A DNA stretch of 64,000 nucleotides from Dehalococcoidia bacterium (lineage in GTDB: Bacteria > Chloroflexota > Dehalococcoidia > GIF9 > UBA5629): the NCBI GenBank assembly GCA_050011565.1, contig JBEKIW010000001.1, positions 320,001-384,000 of the forward strand. The letters are read 5' to 3'. Below the pieces are notes generated by a model. The model did not search any database and was not told where the DNA came from. It saw only the letters and a program-made list of their open reading frames with translations. Positions 59,842 through 64,000 of the stretch are shown piece after piece. The position numbers were made by a program, and so were the translations under genes. Positions within the stretch are counted from its first letter, which is position 1. Each line of letters starts with the position of its first letter.

Positions 59842-61041
59842 ATGACCAGTTTCTTCAAAACAAAAACGAACATCTTAGGTCTGATAGTCTGTCTTGTCAT
59901 TCTTTGCCCGCTTGTTGTTGGTTGTTCCGGGCCAACATTTCAGGGCTGGTCGGGTTTTGCTGCATCTGACAACGTTGTTTATTTCGGAGGTATAGATGGC
60001 AAGGTGTATGCCATCAGCCCGACAGCTCGGAGTCAAAATCTAACTTTTCCTGGCCAGGATGAATGGGTTTTTAGCGTCCCCAGCCTCGGTGCTCCAGGTG
60101 CAATTTGCGGTCCGGCTTGTGCCCCGTCATCGCCACGGGCGAGCATCTATGCAACACCCATGGTGGTTGGAGACCTCCTCTGTGTCAGTATTTATGCCGG
60201 CGAAAACGGCAAACTGTTAGCCATAAATAGGCTCGCTCCCGGCTATACCGAAGGCGTTCCGCAACGGTCAAAAGGTGAATGGACATATCCAAGTGGAGTC
60301 AAATCCGTGGGTGCTATTGTCGGCAGTCCGGTAGTGGTTGATGGGACTCTGTATGTAGGTAGTTCTGACGGTAAGCTCTATGCCATAGATGACGTTTACG
60401 GTGAGAAGAAATGGGAATTTAACACCGGCGGCAAAATATGGACGTCTCCTGTAGTTGAAGGCGGCGTTGTTTACGTTAGCAACTATAACCGGAAGCTTTT
60501 TGCGGTATCGAGCGCTGACGGCACTCTGATTTGGCAAACGGAGTTACCATCATCTATTGCTTCATCGCCGGCGGTTTCGGGAGACAATGTCTTTCTAGGA
60601 ACTTTCGACAACCATTTGTATGCTATTGATAAAACAAACGGTAAGGAGAGATGGAATTTTGAGGGTGGTAACTGGTTCTGGTCAACTCCGGTAGTTAAGG
60701 ATGGCACGGTTTATGCGGGATGTCTTGACAATAAAATTTACGCCATCGAAGCCGGCACCGGCAAAGAGTTATGGCAATTTGTTGCCAACGGACCTATTGT
60801 TTCAAAACCGGTACTGGCAGATAATCTTATAGTAGTGGCTTCGAAAGCAGGTGATATATATGTCCTTGACGCCGACAAAGGGAATTTGGTGCAGTCTGTT
60901 CATATTGGCTCTCCGATAATGGCCCCTCTCCTTGTTGAAGAGAGCATGCTTTATGTACACGCTGGAAATCTCTGTGTCTACAGTATAGATATGCAAAGCG
61001 GAGCGAAAGTCTGGGAATTTTGTTATTCCAGCACTAAGTAG
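59842..61041 (+). CDS. PQQ-like beta-propeller protein, probable lipoprotein
   Basis: Signal peptide with LVVGC lipobox; repeated SPVV..G.VY.G..D..LYA.D...G...W.F units. Confidence 0.85.
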   Translation: MTSFFKTKTNILGLIVCLVILCPLVVGCSGPTFQGWSGFAASDNVVYFGGIDGKVYAISPTARSQNLTFPGQDEWVFSVPSLGAPGAICGPACAPSSPRASIYATPMVVGDLLCVSIYAGENGKLLAINRLAPGYTEGVPQRSKGEWTYPSGVKSVGAIVGSPVVVDGTLYVGSSDGKLYAIDDVYGEKKWEFNTGGKIWTSPVVEGGVVYVSNYNRKLFAVSSADGTLIWQTELPSSIASSPAVSGDNVFLGTFDNHLYAIDKTNGKERWNFEGGNWFWSTPVVKDGTVYAGCLDNKIYAIEAGTGKELWQFVANGPIVSKPVLADNLIVVASKAGDIYVLDADKGNLVQSVHIGSPIMAPLLVEESMLYVHAGNLCVYSIDMQSGAKVWEFCYSSTK

Positions 61042-61049
61042 AGTTAGTT

Positions 61050-61928
61050 ATGGCTGATATATGGAATATTGTAATCTTGCAGCCTGTGCTCAACAGTCTG
61101 ATTGCTCTGACTAATGTTTTGGGTGGCAGCTTTGGATTAGCGATTATTGTTCTTACAGTTGTTGTCCGCTTGATACTATTCCCGCTCACTGTGCGTCAGA
61201 CTCAATCTACCAAGGCCATGCAAACACTGCAGCCAAAAATTCAGGAGCTTCAGAAGAGATATGCCAAGAACCAACAGAAATTACAGCAGGAGATGATGAA
61301 GCTGTATAAAGAGGCTGGAATTAATCCTCTTGGCTGTCTCTGGCCTATGCTCATCCAGTTGCCTATCTGGATAGCTCTGTACCAGTCCATTATGCAGGCT
61401 TTAGCAGCTACGCCCGAGAGCTTATTGAGTTTATCACAGCATCTTTATTCCTGGTCTGCAATCGGCCATGTTATACCGTTGGGTGATCAGTTTCTCTGGC
61501 TCCATTTGTCACGACCAGACCCTAATCTCATCCTGGCCATACTGGTCGGCGGCTCAATGTGGGTACAGCAAAAGATGGTGACGCCGCCAGCGACGGACCC
61601 AAGACAGCGGTCAATGACCAACATGACGACAACGATGATGCCATTAATGTTTGGCTTGTTTACTTTGTCCTTCCCCAGTGGCCTGGCCTTGTACTGGGTA
61701 GTTTCGAATGTGATTGGTATTGTGATCCAGTATTTCGTTAGTGGCGGCTGGGGCTACCTGAGAACTCCTTCGGCTCCAAAGCCGGCAGCGGCACCCGCTC
61801 AAAAAGTAATACCCGCTCCAAAAGCACCTGTGGTGCAGCCGTCCAAGACATTGCAGCAAGCTACTGAAGAATCAAAGACAATAAAGAAGGCATCTGAAGA
61901 GAAGAAGCGAGGTCTTTTTGGAAGATGA
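61050..61928 (+). CDS. yidC: Membrane protein insertase (short, monoderm type)
   Basis: GLAII.LT..VR, LQPKI, GINPLGCLWP.LIQ.PI, PSGLALYW. Confidence 0.95.
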   Translation: MADIWNIVILQPVLNSLIALTNVLGGSFGLAIIVLTVVVRLILFPLTVRQTQSTKAMQTLQPKIQELQKRYAKNQQKLQQEMMKLYKEAGINPLGCLWPMLIQLPIWIALYQSIMQALAATPESLLSLSQHLYSWSAIGHVIPLGDQFLWLHLSRPDPNLILAILVGGSMWVQQKMVTPPATDPRQRSMTNMTTTMMPLMFGLFTLSFPSGLALYWVVSNVIGIVIQYFVSGGWGYLRTPSAPKPAAAPAQKVIPAPKAPVVQPSKTLQQATEESKTIKKASEEKKRGLFGR

Positions 61929-62572
61929 AAGAGTTAGAAGTAAGCGGAAAATCGGTTGACGAGGCTATTCAGACAGCGCTGGAGCAATTGGGCGTCAGTG
62001 AGGACAAGGTAGAAGTGACGGTGTTGAAAAAGGGTAGGTCGGGAGTTTTGGGGATGGGAGTTGAGGAAGCCAAGATTAAGGTTAGACTAAAACTGGAGCC
62101 TGGTGAAAAGGCTGATGCAGTCGAGGTGGCTAAAGAGGTCTTAGAGACGCTAATTAAATTGATGAAGATAACGGCAGAAGTTTCTGTGCTTCAGGCAAGT
62201 ACAGGTGAATTGCCGGTGACTCTTAATATTGAGGGCGAGGACCTCGGGGTCTTGATTGGCCGTCGTGGTCAGGCTCTGGCTTCTCTGCAGTACGTTGTCA
62301 GACTAATAGTTGCTGAGAAGTTGAAGGTGTGGATACCGATAAATGTTGATATTGCTGGCTATAAAAAACGCCGGTACGAGTCGTTGCAGAACCTGGCTTT
62401 GCGGTTGGCAGAACAGGTGAAAAGGAGCCGACGTCTAATAATGCTTGAACCTATGCCGGCAGATGAACGGCGGATTATTCATTTAGCTTTGGCTGACCAT
62501 CCGGATGTCACCACCCAGAGCATGGGTGAAGGTGATATGCGGAAAGTAGCTATTCTATTGAAGAAGCATTAG
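61925..62572 (+). CDS. jag: Jag/EloR (KhpB) RNA-binding protein
   Basis: Jag_N (GKSVDEAI), KH (LIGRRG), R3H (ERRIIH..L). Confidence 0.95.
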   Translation: MKELEVSGKSVDEAIQTALEQLGVSEDKVEVTVLKKGRSGVLGMGVEEAKIKVRLKLEPGEKADAVEVAKEVLETLIKLMKITAEVSVLQASTGELPVTLNIEGEDLGVLIGRRGQALASLQYVVRLIVAEKLKVWIPINVDIAGYKKRRYESLQNLALRLAEQVKRSRRLIMLEPMPADERRIIHLALADHPDVTTQSMGEGDMRKVAILLKKH

Positions 62573-62574
62573 GC

Positions 62575-64000
62575 ATGTTCCGACCGGTAAACAGCAAAAT
62601 TAACTTCCCTCAGCTAGAAAAAACCATCCTCTATTTCTGGAAAACACATAAAATCTTCGAAAAAAGCCTCGAGAGCCGAGTTGGCGCCCCTCAGTTCGCC
62701 TTCTACGAGGGACCACCAACAGCTAATGGCAGCCCGGGAATTCATCATGTGCTGTCACGTGTGTTTAAAGATGTTATCCCCAGATATAAGACGATGAAAG
62801 GCTACTACGCCCCGCGTAAAGCAGGCTGGGACACTCACGGTCTGCCGGTTGAGTTGGAAATAGAGAAGATGCTGGGCTTTACCAGCAAGGCACAAATAGA
62901 GCAGTATGGGGTAGCTAAATTCAACGCCCATTGCCGTGAAAGCGTTTTCGGCTATCTCAAGGAATGGGAATCGATGACCGAGCGTATAGGCTTCTGGCTG
63001 GACCTGGAACACGCCTACAAAACCCTGGAAAATACCTACATCGAGTCTTGCTGGTGGGCGCTGAAACAGTTATGGGATAAGGGCTTGATTTACCAGGGCT
63101 ATAGAGTTACGCCACATTGCCCACGATGCGGCACATCTCTCAGTTCGCACGAGGTGGCTCTGGGCTATAGAGATGATGCCGAAGACCCCTCGATTTACAT
63201 AAAGTTCAAACTTTTTCCTAATTCACTGCGTAAAAGTACAGAATTGCATTCTCTTCTGGCGTCGGCTACTTTAGCCAAGCCCGTTTTTTTCTTGGCCTGG
63301 ACAACGACCCCCTGGACGCTGCCGGGTAATACCGCTCTGGCAGTAGCCGCTGAGGCACAATATAGTATCATGGAAGGCGCTGACGACTATTTGATTTTAG
63401 CCACGGCGCTTGTAGAGAAAGTCCAGCTTGAGGGCTACAAATCAATTAAAGTCGTTTCCGGTAGGAACCTCGTTGGGTCCAAGTACCAGCCGTTATTTAG
63501 TCCCCACGACTTCGGTGTTGAAAGAAGGCGTTTCGGCGCCCGTAATGATGACGAGAGCCTGTCTTATGAGATGTTAACCTTACAGCCAGAGGACAAGAAT
63601 TTAGCATACCCGGTGATTTCAGGTGACTTTGTCTCAATGGAAGAGGGCACCGGCATCGTTCATATTGCTCCCGCCTTCGGTGAAGTTGATTTTGACGTCG
63701 GTAAGAGGGAAGGGCTGGATTTTGTGCAACCCGTAGAACTGGATGGGAAGGTAACCGGCACTTTTTCTTTTGCGGGTAAATTTGTCAAGGATGCCGACCC
63801 CCTCGTTCTCGAAAACCTCAAATCAAGGGGGTTGCTTTATCGCAGCGGGCGTATAGTTCATACTTATCCATTTTGCTGGCGTTGTGAGTCACCGCTCCTC
63901 TACTTTGCCAAGAGGAGCTGGTATATCAGGACATCGCTTAAAAAAGAAGCACTTATTTCCGGAAATGATGCAATCAACTGGTATCCGGAACATATAAAGT
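62575..64000 (+). CDS. ileS: Isoleucyl-tRNA synthetase, type 2 (3' truncated by window; not in ORF track)
   Basis: MFRPV..FYEGPPTANGSPGIHH, GWDTHGLPVE, WTTTPWTLP, GTGIVHIAP, YPFCWRC. Confidence 0.96.
   Translation, partial: MFRPVNSKINFPQLEKTILYFWKTHKIFEKSLESRVGAPQFAFYEGPPTANGSPGIHHVLSRVFKDVIPRYKTMKGYYAPRKAGWDTHGLPVELEIEKMLGFTSKAQIEQYGVAKFNAHCRESVFGYLKEWESMTERIGFWLDLEHAYKTLENTYIESCWWALKQLWDKGLIYQGYRVTPHCPRCGTSLSSHEVALGYRDDAEDPSIYIKFKLFPNSLRKSTELHSLLASATLAKPVFFLAWTTTPWTLPGNTALAVAAEAQYSIMEGADDYLILATALVEKVQLEGYKSIKVVSGRNLVGSKYQPLFSPHDFGVERRRFGARNDDESLSYEMLTLQPEDKNLAYPVISGDFVSMEEGTGIVHIAPAFGEVDFDVGKREGLDFVQPVELDGKVTGTFSFAGKFVKDADPLVLENLKSRGLLYRSGRIVHTYPFCWRCESPLLYFAKRSWYIRTSLKKEALISGNDAINWYPEHIK

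Overview
Chromosomal segment of an anaerobic bacterium, most likely Dehalococcoidia/Chloroflexota. This is inferred from the rplI-dnaB-dnaD-double-ATPase, rpmF-fabD-nusB-acpP and rpsF-ssb-rpsR-rpmH-rnpA-yidD-yidC-jag gene orders and an ACP with a Dehalococcoides-like insert. 1-24 kb is an energy and carbon-uptake region. It holds two NarL-type two-component systems, an acetate operon (acs, satP) and a formate/nitrite channel, each operon headed by a small protein ending in -QEKW behind a shared promoter. It also holds an hdrCBA-mvhD / hdrD-hdrA-mvhDGA cluster, where the first hdrA and mvhD are selenoproteins (in-frame UGA plus SECIS-like hairpins) beside Cys-encoded paralogues. Other signals are an unannotated 49-aa membrane ORF ending CGG-UGA-G, a promoter-driven repeat-containing sRNA candidate, a perfect 20-bp palindrome on the -35 of the Cys-paralogue operon, and a FabD/ACP pair that has lost its catalytic and phosphopantetheine residues. 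24-64 kb is mostly housekeeping. No CRISPR array, rRNA, tRNA or transposase was seen.
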